64,000 nt of DNA from Desulfobacterales bacterium (GTDB lineage Bacteria; Desulfobacterota; Desulfobacteria; Desulfobacterales; UBA5852), in assembly GCA_963674755.2 (NCBI GenBank), contig CAXXVS010000003.1, positions 96,001 to 160,000 of the forward strand, given 5' to 3'. Every line of letters begins with the position of its first letter. The stretch's first letter is position 1. The notes under the pieces were generated by a model. That model had not been told where the DNA came from. It did no database searches and worked only from the letters and a program-made list of their open reading frames with translations. Positions 20,558 to 31,747 of the stretch are shown here, one piece after another. Both the position numbers and the translations under genes were made by a program.

Positions 20558-22081
20558 ATGAAGAAAATCGAAGAAGCTTCGTTTTTCTATGAAATCAGCG
20601 AAACCCTGAATGAGCACCTCGATCTGAAAAAATCGCTTTACAAAGTGCTCGACATCCTGGCGAACTCATTGGATATGGCCCGTGGCACCATCACCCTGCT
20701 GGATCCGGTGCGCAATGAAATCCGCATCGAAGTGGCCCACGGCATCACCCAGCGCGCCATGCGGCGGGTCAAGTACAAGTTGGGCGAGGGGATCACCGGT
20801 GGGGTCATCCAGTCCGGCAAGGCGGTCTCCATTCCCAAAATCAGCGAAGAGCCCAATTTCCTCAACCGCACCGTTTCCCGCCGTACCAAGCAGGATCTCG
20901 ATTTGTCTTTCATCTGTGTCCCCATCAAAAAGGGCCGCCAGGTCATCGGTGCCCTGAGCGTGGACAAGGCCTATGAACCTGACTACAGCCTGAAAAAGGC
21001 CGAGAAGCTGCTGACCGTGGTCGCCACCATGGTAGCCCGCCATGTGATCAATCTGGAAACCATTCGCATGGAGAAACAAACCCTGCGCGAGGAGAACCGG
21101 CGTCTCCTGCAGGAGCTGGAAAACAAGTACCGCATCACCAATATCGTCGGCAACAGCAACAAAATGCGGGAAGTTTTCCAGATGGTCTCCCAGGTGTCCA
21201 AAAGCAACGCCACGGTTCTGGTGCGTGGCGAGAGCGGCACCGGCAAAGAGCTGGTGGCCAACTCCGTTCATTACAACAGCCACCGGGCCCAGCAGCCTTT
21301 CATCAAGATCAACTGCGCCGCCATTCCGGCCAACCTGATCGAAAGCGAGCTTTTCGGTCATGAGAGGGGAGCCTTCACCGGCGCCATCAACCAGAAACTC
21401 GGTAAATTCGAGCTGGCCAACCGTGGCACCCTCTTTCTCGACGAAATCGGGTCCATCGGGCTCGACGTCCAGGTCAATCTGCTGCGGGTACTGCAGGAAC
21501 GCGAATTCGAGCGGGTAGGCGGTCAGAAAACCATCAAGGTGGACGTACGCATTATCGCCGCCACCAACAAAAACCTGGAACAGGCGGTGGAGGACGGCAC
21601 CTTCCGGGGCGATTTGTACTACCGCCTCAATGTTTTTCCGATTTATATGCCGCCCCTGCGGGAGCGCAAGACCGACATCCTGCTGCTGGCCGACCACTTC
21701 CTGGAAAAATACGCCAAGGAAAACGACAAGGATATCCGACGCTTTTCCACCCCTGCCATCGATATGCTCATGGCCTACCACTGGCCCGGCAATGTGCGCG
21801 AACTGGAAAACTGCATCGAGCGGTCGGTCCTGCTCTGCGAAGAAGGGGTCATCCACAGCTATCATCTGCCCCCGACCCTGCAGACCGGCGAAGAATCCGA
21901 TACCCTGCCGGCCATGTCCCTGGAAGAAGCCGTGGCCAACCTCGAGAGGGAAATGCTCATCGATGCGCTGAAAAACGCCCGGGGCAACATCACCCAGGCC
22001 GCCAGTATTCTGAAGACCACGGTGCGCAAGTTCGCCTACAAGGCCAAACGCTACGGTATTGATTACAAACACTATCGATAG
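20558..22081 (+). CDS. sigma-54 activator, GAF-AAA+-HTH (NifA-like)
   Basis: N-terminal [33 protein letters not shown]-terminal Fis-type HTH. Confidence 0.93.
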   Translation: MKKIEEASFFYEISETLNEHLDLKKSLYKVLDILANSLDMARGTITLLDPVRNEIRIEVAHGITQRAMRRVKYKLGEGITGGVIQSGKAVSIPKISEEPNFLNRTVSRRTKQDLDLSFICVPIKKGRQVIGALSVDKAYEPDYSLKKAEKLLTVVATMVARHVINLETIRMEKQTLREENRRLLQELENKYRITNIVGNSNKMREVFQMVSQVSKSNATVLVRGESGTGKELVANSVHYNSHRAQQPFIKINCAAIPANLIESELFGHERGAFTGAINQKLGKFELANRGTLFLDEIGSIGLDVQVNLLRVLQEREFERVGGQKTIKVDVRIIAATNKNLEQAVEDGTFRGDLYYRLNVFPIYMPPLRERKTDILLLADHFLEKYAKENDKDIRRFSTPAIDMLMAYHWPGNVRELENCIERSVLLCEEGVIHSYHLPPTLQTGEESDTLPAMSLEEAVANLEREMLIDALKNARGNITQAASILKTTVRKFAYKAKRYGIDYKHYR

Positions 22082-22271
22082 CATGAACCGCACGGCCGCG
22101 CGCCCCGTTGACCATCCGGGAAGCCCGGGCCGGGGGACCGATCCGGGGCTGACCGCCACCACCCGCCATGCAACCGCAGCGCATTTCTCTTTTCGCTTTT
22201 CCCCTCCCGCACAAGCCGGTTGTACCTGGACCGGCCAGGTGGTATGACCGGGCCGATCAGGATATCGAGCC

Positions 22272-23495
22272 ATGAATGCCAAAGAAATCAAAACCTTCTG
22301 CATCCTTTTTTTCGCCCTGATGACCACCGTCACCGGCGTTGGCATCGTTGTCCCGCTGTTGCCGGTCTATGCCCGGGACATCGGGGCCGGCGGCTTCTAT
22401 ATCGGCATGATCTTCGGCATCTTTTCCATTTCGCGGACCGCTTTCATTCCTTATTTCGGTCGCACCTCCGACCGCCGGGGACGCAAACCGTTCATTTTAG
22501 GCGGTCTGCTGGGCTATGCCGTTGTGGCCGCCGCCTTCTGTTACACCACCAGTATCAATATGCTCATCACAATTCGCTTTTTTCAGGGCATTTTTTCCGC
22601 CATGATGATGCCCGTGCTCCAGGCCTATGTGGGCGACATCACCCCCGACGGTCGCGAGGGATTTACCATGGGCGTCTTCAATCTGGCGACCTTTGTGGGA
22701 CTCGGCCTGGGCCCCCTTCTGGGCGGGATTATCAGCGACCGCTGGAATCTGCAGGCCGCCTTTGCGAGCATGGGCATTCTGGCCCTGATCGGGTTTGGCC
22801 TCAGTTTGCTGGGGCTGCCCCCCGCGCGCCACGAAAAAGGGTTTCGCCACTACGCCGCCCCGGTTGCCTGGCGGCAGCTCCTGCGCGACCGGGAAGTCAT
22901 CGGTCTGTTCGCCTTTCGGACGGCTTACACCACCTGCATCGGCGTCATTTGGGGATTTTTGCCGATTTATGCCGACCAGGCCCTGCACCCCAGCCGCTCG
23001 GCCATCGGCGCGCTCATCATGACCGGTGTCATGGTGAGTGGTTTGCTTCAGGTTCCCATGGGCTGCCTTGCCGATCGCCTGTCCAAACCCCGCATGGTGA
23101 CGGTGGGCGGCATTTTGGCCGGCCTGGGCGTGCTGACGTTTATCTGGGACCAGACCCTCGCCGGTATGCTGCTCAGCAGCGGATTGTTCGGCCTGGGCGG
23201 CGGTATCGCCATGCCGGCGCTGATGGGCATGACCGTCAGCAAAGGCGTCCGCTCCGGTGCCATGGGGTCTATCATGGCCCTCCTGACTTTAGGCCATAGC
23301 CTGGGAATGATGATCGGCGCACTAATGGCCGGCGGGTTCATGGATCTGCTGACACTCCGCTGGGCCTTTCCTTGTGGGGCGGTTGTGATGGTGATGGGGG
23401 TGGGTGCGTTCCGCTGGTGGTCGGGCGGAACCGATGTGCCGTTCGAATCCGCCGACCGCCGGGCCCTGCAACGCATGGACCCTGGCAACCATTGA
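22272..23495 (+). CDS. MFS transporter
   Basis: about 12 hydrophobic segments; motif A GRTSDRRGRK. Confidence 0.88.
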   Translation: MNAKEIKTFCILFFALMTTVTGVGIVVPLLPVYARDIGAGGFYIGMIFGIFSISRTAFIPYFGRTSDRRGRKPFILGGLLGYAVVAAAFCYTTSINMLITIRFFQGIFSAMMMPVLQAYVGDITPDGREGFTMGVFNLATFVGLGLGPLLGGIISDRWNLQAAFASMGILALIGFGLSLLGLPPARHEKGFRHYAAPVAWRQLLRDREVIGLFAFRTAYTTCIGVIWGFLPIYADQALHPSRSAIGALIMTGVMVSGLLQVPMGCLADRLSKPRMVTVGGILAGLGVLTFIWDQTLAGMLLSSGLFGLGGGIAMPALMGMTVSKGVRSGAMGSIMALLTLGHSLGMMIGALMAGGFMDLLTLRWAFPCGAVVMVMGVGAFRWWSGGTDVPFESADRRALQRMDPGNH

Positions 23496-23517
23496 TAGCG
23501 CTGACTTGCGGAATCGA

Positions 23518-23545
23518 TTGACTTTCTAGGAATTTGCTTTACATT
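23518..23545 (+). promoter_or_regulatory. putative sigma-70 promoter upstream of dnaJ
   Basis: TTGACT-16 nt-TACATT. Confidence 0.5.
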
Positions 23546-23732
23546 AACGCCACATTGATTCAATCGGGGGAACAACCCCCCGCATCATTCCTGTTATCCC
23601 CCAACGGATAACGGAATTTGAGGTCCGAGCAGAGTCTCACACCCCGCCGAGGACAGGGCGCCCCAGGGTGGGGACTTTAACCGCTAACCATCTTTGAGCC
23701 TGAATGGTTTTAAGTCAAAATTGGATGCATCC

Positions 23733-24842
23733 ATGAGCAGCAAACGGGATTACTACGAAGTCCTCAACGTTGAGCGCAATGCCAGTGATGCCGACCTGAA
23801 AAAAGCCTATCGCAAACTGGCCCTCCAATATCACCCCGACCGCAACCCCGGTGACGCCGCCGCCGAAGAAAAATTCAAAGAAGCGGCTGAAGCCTACGAT
23901 GTGTTAACCGACCCCCAGAAGCGTCAGCTCTACGATCGCTTCGGGCATCAGGGCCTGGAAGGCTCGGGCTTCTCGGGATTTTCAGGGTTCGAGGACATCT
24001 TCTCCAGTTTTGGCGATATTTTCGAAGATTTTTTCGGCCTGGGATCGGGACGCGGCTCCCGCAGCCGGCACCAGCGCGGCGCGGACCTGCGCTATGACCT
24101 GTCCCTGACGTTTCTGGAAGCCGCTTTCGGGGTGGAAAAAGAGCTGCCCCTGGAAAAAATGGATACCTGCGAAACGTGCGGGGGCAGCGGCTGCCAGTCC
24201 GGCACCCAGCCGGAAACCTGCAATTTCTGCCGCGGCACCGGGCAGATGGCGCGCAGCCAGGGCTTTTTCACGGTTCGGACCAGCTGCCCCCACTGCCGGG
24301 GCACCGGGCAGATGATCGCCGATCCCTGCCGGGACTGCCGGGGGACGGGGCAGATCAAGACCCGCAAGACCGTGTCGGTCAAAATTCCGGCCGGGGTGGA
24401 CACCGGCTCGCGCCTGCGGTTGACCAACGAGGGGGAGGCCGGCCGTCAGGGCGGTCCCCGCGGCGATCTTTACGTCTTCATCCACGTAGAACCCCACGAT
24501 TTTTTCGAGCGCGACAATGCCGACGTGATTTGCCGGGTGCCCATCTCCTTTATCCAGGCGACCTTGGGGGACACCATCAGCGTACCTACCCTGGAGGATG
24601 AAAAAAAACTGCGCATTCCCAAAGGGACCCAGTACGGCGACGTCTTCCGCTTCAACGGTGAAGGCATCCCCTCCCTGCGCACCGGCCGACGCGGCGATCA
24701 AATCATTCAGGTCATCATCAAAACCCCCACCAGCTTGTCGAAAAAGCAGGAGTCGCTGCTCAAGGAATTCGCCAAACTGGAATCCGGCAAGATTTCCAAA
24801 CGCCTTAAAAATATTCTCCGGGGCGAGTCGGTCGGCACCTGA
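23733..24842 (+). CDS. dnaJ: chaperone DnaJ
   Basis: J domain with HPD, G/F region, four CxxCxGxG repeats. Confidence 0.97.
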   Translation: MSSKRDYYEVLNVERNASDADLKKAYRKLALQYHPDRNPGDAAAEEKFKEAAEAYDVLTDPQKRQLYDRFGHQGLEGSGFSGFSGFEDIFSSFGDIFEDFFGLGSGRGSRSRHQRGADLRYDLSLTFLEAAFGVEKELPLEKMDTCETCGGSGCQSGTQPETCNFCRGTGQMARSQGFFTVRTSCPHCRGTGQMIADPCRDCRGTGQIKTRKTVSVKIPAGVDTGSRLRLTNEGEAGRQGGPRGDLYVFIHVEPHDFFERDNADVICRVPISFIQATLGDTISVPTLEDEKKLRIPKGTQYGDVFRFNGEGIPSLRTGRRGDQIIQVIIKTPTSLSKKQESLLKEFAKLESGKISKRLKNILRGESVGT

Positions 24843-24892
24843 CAGAACCGCCACCGGCCGCCGCACACTCCCTGAACGCCATAGGATGGATC

Positions 24893-25267
24893 ATGTTTGA
24901 ACTGCGCGTTGTCACTCGATTTGCCGCCGCCCACCGATTGACCATGGTGGGTGCCAAATGCGAAAATCTGCACGGTCATAATTGGAAAATCGAGGTTTAT
25001 GTGCAGGGGCAGGAATTGGACCGGGGAGGGGTTTTAGTGGATTTCGGCATCATCAAGGGCCACGTTCGGTCCTTGATGGAGACCCTTGACCATAAATTTC
25101 TCAACGAGCTGGACTATTTCCAGGACGGCACGCCCCCTTCGTCAGAGAATATCGCCCGCTATGTGGCCGACCGCCTGGCCGAGCGGCTGGACATTCCGGG
25201 CATCCGCGTCTCCCGGGTGACCGCCTGGGAATCCGACGACGCCTGCGCCACCTATCTGCCCGCGTGA
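24893..25267 (+). CDS. queD: 6-carboxytetrahydropterin synthase
   Basis: FAAAH, CENLHGHNW, LDHKFLNE, SSENIA, WES. Confidence 0.93.
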   Translation: MFELRVVTRFAAAHRLTMVGAKCENLHGHNWKIEVYVQGQELDRGGVLVDFGIIKGHVRSLMETLDHKFLNELDYFQDGTPPSSENIARYVADRLAERLDIPGIRVSRVTAWESDDACATYLPA

Positions 25268-25292
25268 GGCTCCTCCCCGCATTGCGGGGGCC

Positions 25293-25859
25293 TCAGGACC
25301 GTTTTTCCATACACGCCATAAGTTCGTCACGGGTAATGATGGCCGTCACATCGGCGACATGCTCCCGGATGTTGGCCAGCCCGCCTTCCTCACGGTCCAC
25401 GAGAATTACCGCCTGCACAACCTCCAGCCCTTCTTCCCGGGCCCGCTGGATAGCCTTGATGGTGGACCCCCCGGTGGTGGCCACGTCATCGATGATGGCC
25501 ACCCGCTCCCCCGGCTGAACATCACCCTCCAGCCAGCGAATGATCCCGTGATCCTTGCGCGTCTTGCGGATGGAAAAGGCCTGGATGGGCTGCTGGTTCA
25601 GTTCTGAGGCGAAGGCCGTGGCCACGGCGATGGGATCGGCCCCGAAGGTCAGGCCCCCGACGCCCCTCACGTCCCTGGTTTTGATGGCCTCGAAGACCAG
25701 GTGTCCGGTCAGAAACATCCCCCGCGGACTCAGGGTGGTGGGTTTGCAATTGACATAGAACCGGCTGAGGCGCCCCGACACCAGTTTGAATTTCGGCTCC
25801 GGGCTGTACTGAAAAGACTTTTGGCACAACAGCGCGGTGAGTTCTTCTTTGTAGGTCAT
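25293..25859 (-). CDS. pyrE: orotate phosphoribosyltransferase
   Basis: FKLVSG..S.FY, RK..KDHG, PRPP motif [11 protein letters not shown]. Confidence 0.93.
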   Translation of the reverse strand: MTYKEELTALLCQKSFQYSPEPKFKLVSGRLSRFYVNCKPTTLSPRGMFLTGHLVFEAIKTRDVRGVGGLTFGADPIAVATAFASELNQQPIQAFSIRKTRKDHGIIRWLEGDVQPGERVAIIDDVATTGGSTIKAIQRAREEGLEVVQAVILVDREEGGLANIREHVADVTAIITRDELMACMEKRS

Positions 25860-25941
25860 CGCTGTTATCCGTTCCCATCCCTCGGAGAGCGCTCCCAGCG
25901 GCGGTTTCACCGCCCGAACACTCTTCGATTTTGTTAACCGC

Positions 25942-25970
25942 TTGATTTTGAAACGCAATTTGGGTATAAA
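25942..25970 (+). promoter_or_regulatory. putative sigma-70 promoter facing ftsE
   Basis: TTGATT-17 nt-TATAAA. Confidence 0.55.
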
Positions 25971-26024
25971 AAAAGCCTCCACTAATTTGGAAGAAGCCTG
26001 TCTAATGGGTTTTAGTGGAGGCTT
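25968..26024 (-). terminator. intrinsic-terminator-like hairpin upstream of pyrE
   Basis: perfect 13-bp inverted repeat AAGCCTCCACTAA/TTAGTGGAGGCTT ending in a T7 run on the minus strand. Confidence 0.5.
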
Positions 26025-26226
26025 GAGCAAGGAAAACCGGGGACGGCACTCCCTGAACTCGGGACCAGAATTACCAGCTTATCAGGACCGGGTCAATCGC
26101 TAAGCCGCATGGTTGGCGCCCGGCCGGTGGGTCGTAGCATATGACGAGCGAGTGTTTTTTTAGGATACGCAACCCTCTTCCGGTGGCCGCGGCCCCGCAT
26201 GGCCCATCCACGAGGAAGGCCACCGC

Positions 26227-26916
26227 ATGACCCCCGATGACAGCAGGGACGCCCTCATCCGTCTCTTCCACGTCCATCGGCACTTCCATGCCACCCGGGC
26301 CTTGACGGACATCACCTTGGATTTTTACCGCAATGAATTCATCTTCGTGACCGGGCCCAGCGGCGCCGGCAAAACCACCCTGCTCAAACTGCTCTACCGC
26401 GGTGAAACCGCCAGCCAGGGCCAGATTCTGGTAGACGGCATGAACCTGGCGCGCATTCCCCACAAGAAAATTCATTTGCTGCGCCGCAAGTTCGGCATCA
26501 TCTTCCAGGACTATAAACTGATTCCCACCCGCACGATTTTTGACAACGTGGCCCTGGTGCTGGAGGCGGCCGGCCGCAAACCGGCCTATATCCGCAAGAA
26601 AGTGCAAAGCGTGCTCCGGATCGTGGACATGGAACAGCGTCAGGACGCGCTGCCCCCCAGCCTGTCCGGGGGAGAGCAGCAGCGCATTGCCGTGGCCCGG
26701 GCCGTGGTGGGGGATCCCACCATCATCCTTGCGGACGAACCCACCGGAAGTCTGGACGCCGATTCGGCCCGACTGATCATGAAGCTGCTGAAATCGTTTC
26801 ACACCCGGGGGGCCACGGTGATCGTGGCCACCCATGACAGGGAGCTGCTTCGCAGCCTGCCGGGGCGCATCGTTTATTTACAGGAGGGGCGCCTCGCCAA
26901 CGCGTCGGCGGTGTAG
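26227..26916 (+). CDS. ftsE: cell division ATP-binding protein FtsE
   Basis: [23 protein letters not shown]; upstream of ftsX. Confidence 0.93.
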   Translation: MTPDDSRDALIRLFHVHRHFHATRALTDITLDFYRNEFIFVTGPSGAGKTTLLKLLYRGETASQGQILVDGMNLARIPHKKIHLLRRKFGIIFQDYKLIPTRTIFDNVALVLEAAGRKPAYIRKKVQSVLRIVDMEQRQDALPPSLSGGEQQRIAVARAVVGDPTIILADEPTGSLDADSARLIMKLLKSFHTRGATVIVATHDRELLRSLPGRIVYLQEGRLANASAV

Positions 26917-26932
26917 CCGCCGGAGGACCGTC

Positions 26933-27820
26933 ATGCCGATGCTCCAATTTCATCTGAAGAGTGCCCTGAAAGACATCCGCAGCAATCGTTTGCTGAGCCT
27001 GGTGACCATCAGCACCTTTGCCTTGTCGATTCTCATCGTTAGCACGGCCCTGCTCTTTTTTGTCAATATGAACAGCATCATCGACGGCTGGCGGCAAGGC
27101 ATCCACCTGATGGCCTATCTCCGGGACGGCCTGACCGACACCGACCGCAGCCACCTGAAGGCCCAGATTGAGAATCTCTATGGCGTGCAGCACGCCGAGT
27201 TTATTTCCAAGGATCAGGCCCTGGCGCGCCTGCGCGAACAGATGAGCCGCCAGGCGGCCATCCTGGATAATCTGGAGGCCAACCCCCTGCCCGACGCCTT
27301 CGAGATTCAAATGATCGCGGCCTCCCAGACCTGGGACAAGGTGGAACAGCTGGCCGCTTCCCTGGAAGCGCTGGACGGGGTCAATGAAGTGGAGTACGGC
27401 CAGCGCTGGATCAAACGCATCATCAATGTGTTCCATCTGTTTCAGATGACGGCCTATACCATGGGGGCCCTCTTTTTCATGGCGGCCGTCTTTATCGTCG
27501 GCAACACGGTGCGCCTGGTGCTCTTCTCCCGGAAGGAAGAGGTGGAAATCATGCGTCTGGTGGGGGCCACCGAGGGTTTTATCCTGGCCCCCTTTTATTT
27601 TCAAAGCCTGCTGCAGGCCGCCGCGGGCAGCGTGATCGGCCTGGTTGGTCTTTACCTCATGTATATGTTGATCCAAGCCCGGATCACCGCAGGCATGACG
27701 GCCGCCTTTTTTGAACCCCGTTTTCTGTCGGCGGCCACACAAATGGGCATCGTAGGATGCAGCATGCTCGTCGGATGGTTGGGATGCCACCTTTCGGTCA
27801 AACAATACGTCAAACTCTGA
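26933..27820 (+). CDS. ftsX: cell division permease FtsX
   Basis: NPLPDAF, RKEEVEIMRLVGAT, four TM segments; GGAGG RBS. Confidence 0.92.
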   Translation: MPMLQFHLKSALKDIRSNRLLSLVTISTFALSILIVSTALLFFVNMNSIIDGWRQGIHLMAYLRDGLTDTDRSHLKAQIENLYGVQHAEFISKDQALARLREQMSRQAAILDNLEANPLPDAFEIQMIAASQTWDKVEQLAASLEALDGVNEVEYGQRWIKRIINVFHLFQMTAYTMGALFFMAAVFIVGNTVRLVLFSRKEEVEIMRLVGATEGFILAPFYFQSLLQAAAGSVIGLVGLYLMYMLIQARITAGMTAAFFEPRFLSAATQMGIVGCSMLVGWLGCHLSVKQYVKL

Positions 27821-29163
27821 TCGCCGCGCTCGGTCTCGGTCTGATCGGGTGGTGTGCCGTGGGATGGGCCCTGGAAACCGGGCCGCGCGAAGTGGTGGTC
27901 CAGGTGGATCATCTCAACCTGCGGGGCCGGCCGGGAACCGATGGGACGCCCTTGCGGCAGTTGGCGCGCGGCAGCCGTTTGACGATCCTGAAGAGCGGAC
28001 CCGAATGGATCAAGGTCCGCTACAAGGACACCATTGGTTATGTCCGCAACCGTGACCGCTACCTGGACACCACCCCGGCCCTGGATCAGGCCCGGGAAGA
28101 CCGGGAATCCGTCCAGGCGGAACTGGCCACTCACCGGCAGGCCCTCGAAAATATCGCCGGCCACGAAAGCGACCTGCTCGACCGGCTCGATCGTGTCAGC
28201 CACAGCATCGCCTCGGCCCGCAAGACGGCGGCCGAATTGCGGCGCAAGATCAAATCCATCGAGAAACGCATCAGCGAGGCCGAAGACGAGCGGCAGGAGG
28301 TCGCCAAGCGCATTAAAACCCAGGAGGTCCATGTGGCCGGCCGCCTGGTCGCCCTGTACAAACTCAACTGGCTGGGCAATCTCAATATTCTGGCGTCGGC
28401 GGATTCCATCAACGGCATGGTGCAGCGCAAAGCCGCGCTGGAACGAATTCTCGATCTGGACAACGTGCAGCGGGAAACCCTGTTCCAGGATTACGAGCGC
28501 TGGTCGTTCCTGCAGATCGATCTCGAAAACAGCCGCAAGGATGAGCTCGCCCTGGAAAGCCGCCATGTGGCCCAGCTGCGGCAGCTGGATCGCGAAAAAG
28601 CCGTGCGGGCGGCGCTGCTGGAGGATGTCCGCAGCCAGAAGCGTCTTGAAAAGGCGGCGATTTCCGCCCTCCAGGACGCCGCCGGTGAGCTCGACGGCGT
28701 TATCGCCTCCCTGACCCACGACGACCGCGATCGGCACGAGGTCCCGCCGCCGGGGTCGCTGGGAACATTAAAAGGCTTGCTTGATGCGCCTGTTAAAGGT
28801 AAAATTACTAATTTTTTCGGACCGTTTAAAAATACCCGCTACAACGTGATGAATTTCCGCAGCGGCATCGAATTCAAGTCCGATAGAGGCGAGCCCGTGC
28901 AGGCCGTGTTTGCCGGAAAAGTCCTTTTTGCCGATTGGTTCAAAGGCTACGGCAATATGCTGATCATCGACCATGGCAACAGCTACTGCACCCTCTACGC
29001 CCATGTCGAAGAGCTTTTCAAACAAAAGGGTGACCCGGTCGAAACCGGTGAAGTGATCGCCACCGTGGGGGATTCCGGAACGTTGTCCGGACCCGGCCTC
29101 TATTTTGAGGTCCGGCATCACGGCAAGCCCGAAGATCCGCAACAATGGCTCAAAGGCCCCTGA
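27784..29163 (+). CDS. envC: EnvC-like murein hydrolase activator (SH3b + coiled coil + M23)
   Basis: LNLRGRPGT SH3-like segment, long coiled coil, GYGNMLIIDHG..LYAH..LYFEVR; start uncertain. Confidence 0.85.
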   Translation: MPPFGQTIRQTLIAALGLGLIGWCAVGWALETGPREVVVQVDHLNLRGRPGTDGTPLRQLARGSRLTILKSGPEWIKVRYKDTIGYVRNRDRYLDTTPALDQAREDRESVQAELATHRQALENIAGHESDLLDRLDRVSHSIASARKTAAELRRKIKSIEKRISEAEDERQEVAKRIKTQEVHVAGRLVALYKLNWLGNLNILASADSINGMVQRKAALERILDLDNVQRETLFQDYERWSFLQIDLENSRKDELALESRHVAQLRQLDREKAVRAALLEDVRSQKRLEKAAISALQDAAGELDGVIASLTHDDRDRHEVPPPGSLGTLKGLLDAPVKGKITNFFGPFKNTRYNVMNFRSGIEFKSDRGEPVQAVFAGKVLFADWFKGYGNMLIIDHGNSYCTLYAHVEELFKQKGDPVETGEVIATVGDSGTLSGPGLYFEVRHHGKPEDPQQWLKGP

Positions 29164-29220
29164 ACCGAATTCGCACAGCGCGCCCGGTCTGGTAAAGGGC
29201 CAGGAACGAAGGAGATTGCA

Positions 29221-30567
29221 ATGACAGGCAAACCAAAAGGCAGCATCAAACTTTGGGTGGTTCTGGCCATGGCCGTCGTCGTTTACACGGCAGGCGCAGG
29301 CTTCCTGAAAGAACTCTCCGCCAGCAACGATGAGACCTACAAAGGGCTCAAGCTGTTCACGGATGTCCTCCAGATCGTCACGGAAAAATATGTGGATCAG
29401 GTCGATCCGAACGAATTGATCGTCAAAGGCATCCAAGGCATGGTGCACAGTCTCGATCCCCACTCCAGCCTGCTGCTGCCGGAGGCGTATGAAGACCTGC
29501 GCATCGATACCAAAGGAAATTTTACCGGCATCGGCATCCATATCACCCTGCGCAACGGTTTTGTGACGGTCATCTCCCCCATCGATGGAACACCGGCCTT
29601 CAAGGCCGGTATTCAGGCCCAGGACCGCATCATCAAGGTGGACGACACCCCGGTGGAGGATCTGCGCCAGGCCGTCAACCTGATGCGCGGGCCCAAGGGC
29701 ACTCCGGTCAAGGTCACGATATTGCGCAAGGACGTTCCGGAACCCCTGGAGTTTGATCTGGTGCGGGACGTCATCCCGGTGAAAAGCATCAAGGCCCAGA
29801 CCTTAAAACCCGGCTACGGCTATATCTGGATCACGAATTTCACCGGCAACACCACGGAAGACTTCCTGAACGCCCTGGAAAAGCTGGAGAGCGAAAACGC
29901 CCCCATGAAAGGGCTGGTGCTGGATCTGCGCAACAACGGCGGCGGGCTGCTGGAGGAATCCCTGCGCATCTCCGATATCTTTATCGACAAGGGCATCATT
30001 TTATCCATCAAGGGACGCGGGGAGGACACCAAGGAGTTTCCCGCCAAACCCTCGGCGGTCAAACGTGACTATCCCATCGTCCTGCTGATCAACGGCGGCA
30101 GTGCCAGCGCCTCCGAAATCGTGGCCGGCGCCATGCAGGACCACAAGCGGGCCCTCATCCTGGGCACCACCTCCTTCGGCAAAGGGTCGGTGCAGACCGT
30201 CGAGCCCCTGCGGGACGGCTACGGCCTGAAACTGACCATCGCCCGCTATTACACTCCCAGCGGGCGATCCATCCAGGCCAAGGGGATCGAACCCGATATC
30301 GTCGTGCCCTTCAAGCCCCTGGATGAAACCGCGGACCTCAACAGTGACGACGGCTTCGTCAAGGAAAGCGACCTCAAGAATCATCTCGAGGGCATGCCCG
30401 AAGGCGCGCAAAAACCCCAGGAGGAAAAAAAGCCGAAAAAACAAATCAAGAGCATGGAGTCCACCGTCAATCCGCTGGAACCCGACAGCTTGAAACGGGA
30501 CAATCAGGTCATGCGGGCCCTGGACATTCTGGTGTCCTACGATCTTTTCAAACACCTGGGCTCCTGA
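29221..30567 (+). CDS. ctpA: carboxy-terminal processing protease S41
   Basis: LDPHS, PDZ domain, DLRNNGGGLL, SASASEIV, FGKGSVQ. Confidence 0.93.
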   Translation: MTGKPKGSIKLWVVLAMAVVVYTAGAGFLKELSASNDETYKGLKLFTDVLQIVTEKYVDQVDPNELIVKGIQGMVHSLDPHSSLLLPEAYEDLRIDTKGNFTGIGIHITLRNGFVTVISPIDGTPAFKAGIQAQDRIIKVDDTPVEDLRQAVNLMRGPKGTPVKVTILRKDVPEPLEFDLVRDVIPVKSIKAQTLKPGYGYIWITNFTGNTTEDFLNALEKLESENAPMKGLVLDLRNNGGGLLEESLRISDIFIDKGIILSIKGRGEDTKEFPAKPSAVKRDYPIVLLINGGSASASEIVAGAMQDHKRALILGTTSFGKGSVQTVEPLRDGYGLKLTIARYYTPSGRSIQAKGIEPDIVVPFKPLDETADLNSDDGFVKESDLKNHLEGMPEGAQKPQEEKKPKKQIKSMESTVNPLEPDSLKRDNQVMRALDILVSYDLFKHLGS

Positions 30568-30691
30568 CGCCTCCGGCAATGCATGACATGCGGCCGACCC
30601 GGCCCGGACTTCCGAAGTCCGGTAGCCGGTTCGGCCGCCGCCACCGCCGAACCAACCGCCTACCGGCCCGATCGGATCGAGAGTTGTCCCC

Positions 30692-31747
30692 ATGAGCGCC
30701 GCGAAGAAGAAAAAGAAACCTGCCGCTACCAAACGTAAACCAAGCCGCAAACCCCAGCGCCAGAGCGTGCCGCGCGGCACAGGCCTCAAAATCGCCATCG
30801 CCCTGATCCTGTTGACCGGCATCGTTGTGGGCGGCGGTTTTTTGCTGCACCGCTATCTGCCCCCGACGCCCGGCAAGGCCCCGGCGGTCCACCAGGCCAA
30901 AACCCCGGCGTCCCCTAAGAAGCCGGCGCCGGCGCCGGCTTCGCCAGCCCCCCAGCCTCCGCCGCCGAAAAAAACGGCGCCCGTAAAAACCAAAGCGCCG
31001 GTCTATGAAATATTTCCCGAAAAAGAGCCTGCCAATCGTGCCCGTACGCCGGTACCACCGAACCGGCCGACCACCGGGCAACCGCGCGTCGCCATCATCA
31101 TCGATGACATCGGCTATGATCGGGGGCTGGCCCACAAGTTCATGGCCTTCAAGGTGCCCCTGACCTTTTCGGTGCTGCCCGACAGCCCTTTCGGCGACAC
31201 GCTGGCCAGGGAAATCAAGGCCCAGGGCTTGGAACTGATGCTTCACCAGCCCATGGAACCCAAAGAATACCCGACTGCCAACCCCGGCCCCGGAGCCCTG
31301 CTGTCGGCCATGACCGCCGACGAACTCATTGCGCAGCTGGAGCGCAACCTGGACCGCCTGCCGGGGGTGAAGGGGGTCAACAATCACATGGGCTCCCAGC
31401 TCACCACCGAGTCCACCCGCATGTACCAGGTCTTATCCGTTCTCAAGAAGCGCAAGCTCTATTTCATCGACAGCCGCTCCACGGCGGATACCATTTGTCT
31501 CCCGTCGGCCCGCATGCTGCAGGTCCGTTTCGCCGAACGGGACATCTTCCTGGACCACTTCCAGAAGGCCGACTTTATCCGCAAGCAGTTCCGCCTTCTG
31601 GTCAAAGAGGCCCAGATGCACGGCCAGGCTGTGGCCATCGCCCATCCCCACAGCATCACGGTCAAGATATTTCGGGAAATCCTGCCCGAGCTCCAAAAGC
31701 AGGTCCAGCTGGTGCCGGCCTCGGAAGTCGTTCACATTTTGAGTTAA
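30692..31747 (+). CDS. divergent polysaccharide deacetylase (YibQ-like)
   Basis: AIIIDDIG, LHQPMEP, NNHMGS, FIDSRS, RDIFLD; TM anchor and Pro-rich linker. Confidence 0.9.
   Translation: MSAAKKKKKPAATKRKPSRKPQRQSVPRGTGLKIAIALILLTGIVVGGGFLLHRYLPPTPGKAPAVHQAKTPASPKKPAPAPASPAPQPPPPKKTAPVKTKAPVYEIFPEKEPANRARTPVPPNRPTTGQPRVAIIIDDIGYDRGLAHKFMAFKVPLTFSVLPDSPFGDTLAREIKAQGLELMLHQPMEPKEYPTANPGPGALLSAMTADELIAQLERNLDRLPGVKGVNNHMGSQLTTESTRMYQVLSVLKKRKLYFIDSRSTADTICLPSARMLQVRFAERDIFLDHFQKADFIRKQFRLLVKEAQMHGQAVAIAHPHSITVKIFREILPELQKQVQLVPASEVVHILS

Noticed and set aside
20558..22081. nifA and nitrogen fixation
   Set aside because: The GAF-AAA-HTH architecture is shared by many activators and there are no nif genes nearby, so no symbol was assigned.
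23500..23732. CIRCE element or SRP RNA before dnaJ
   Set aside because: Neither TTAGCACTC-N9-GAGTGCTAA nor the SRP CAGG..GGAA..AGCAG loop is present.
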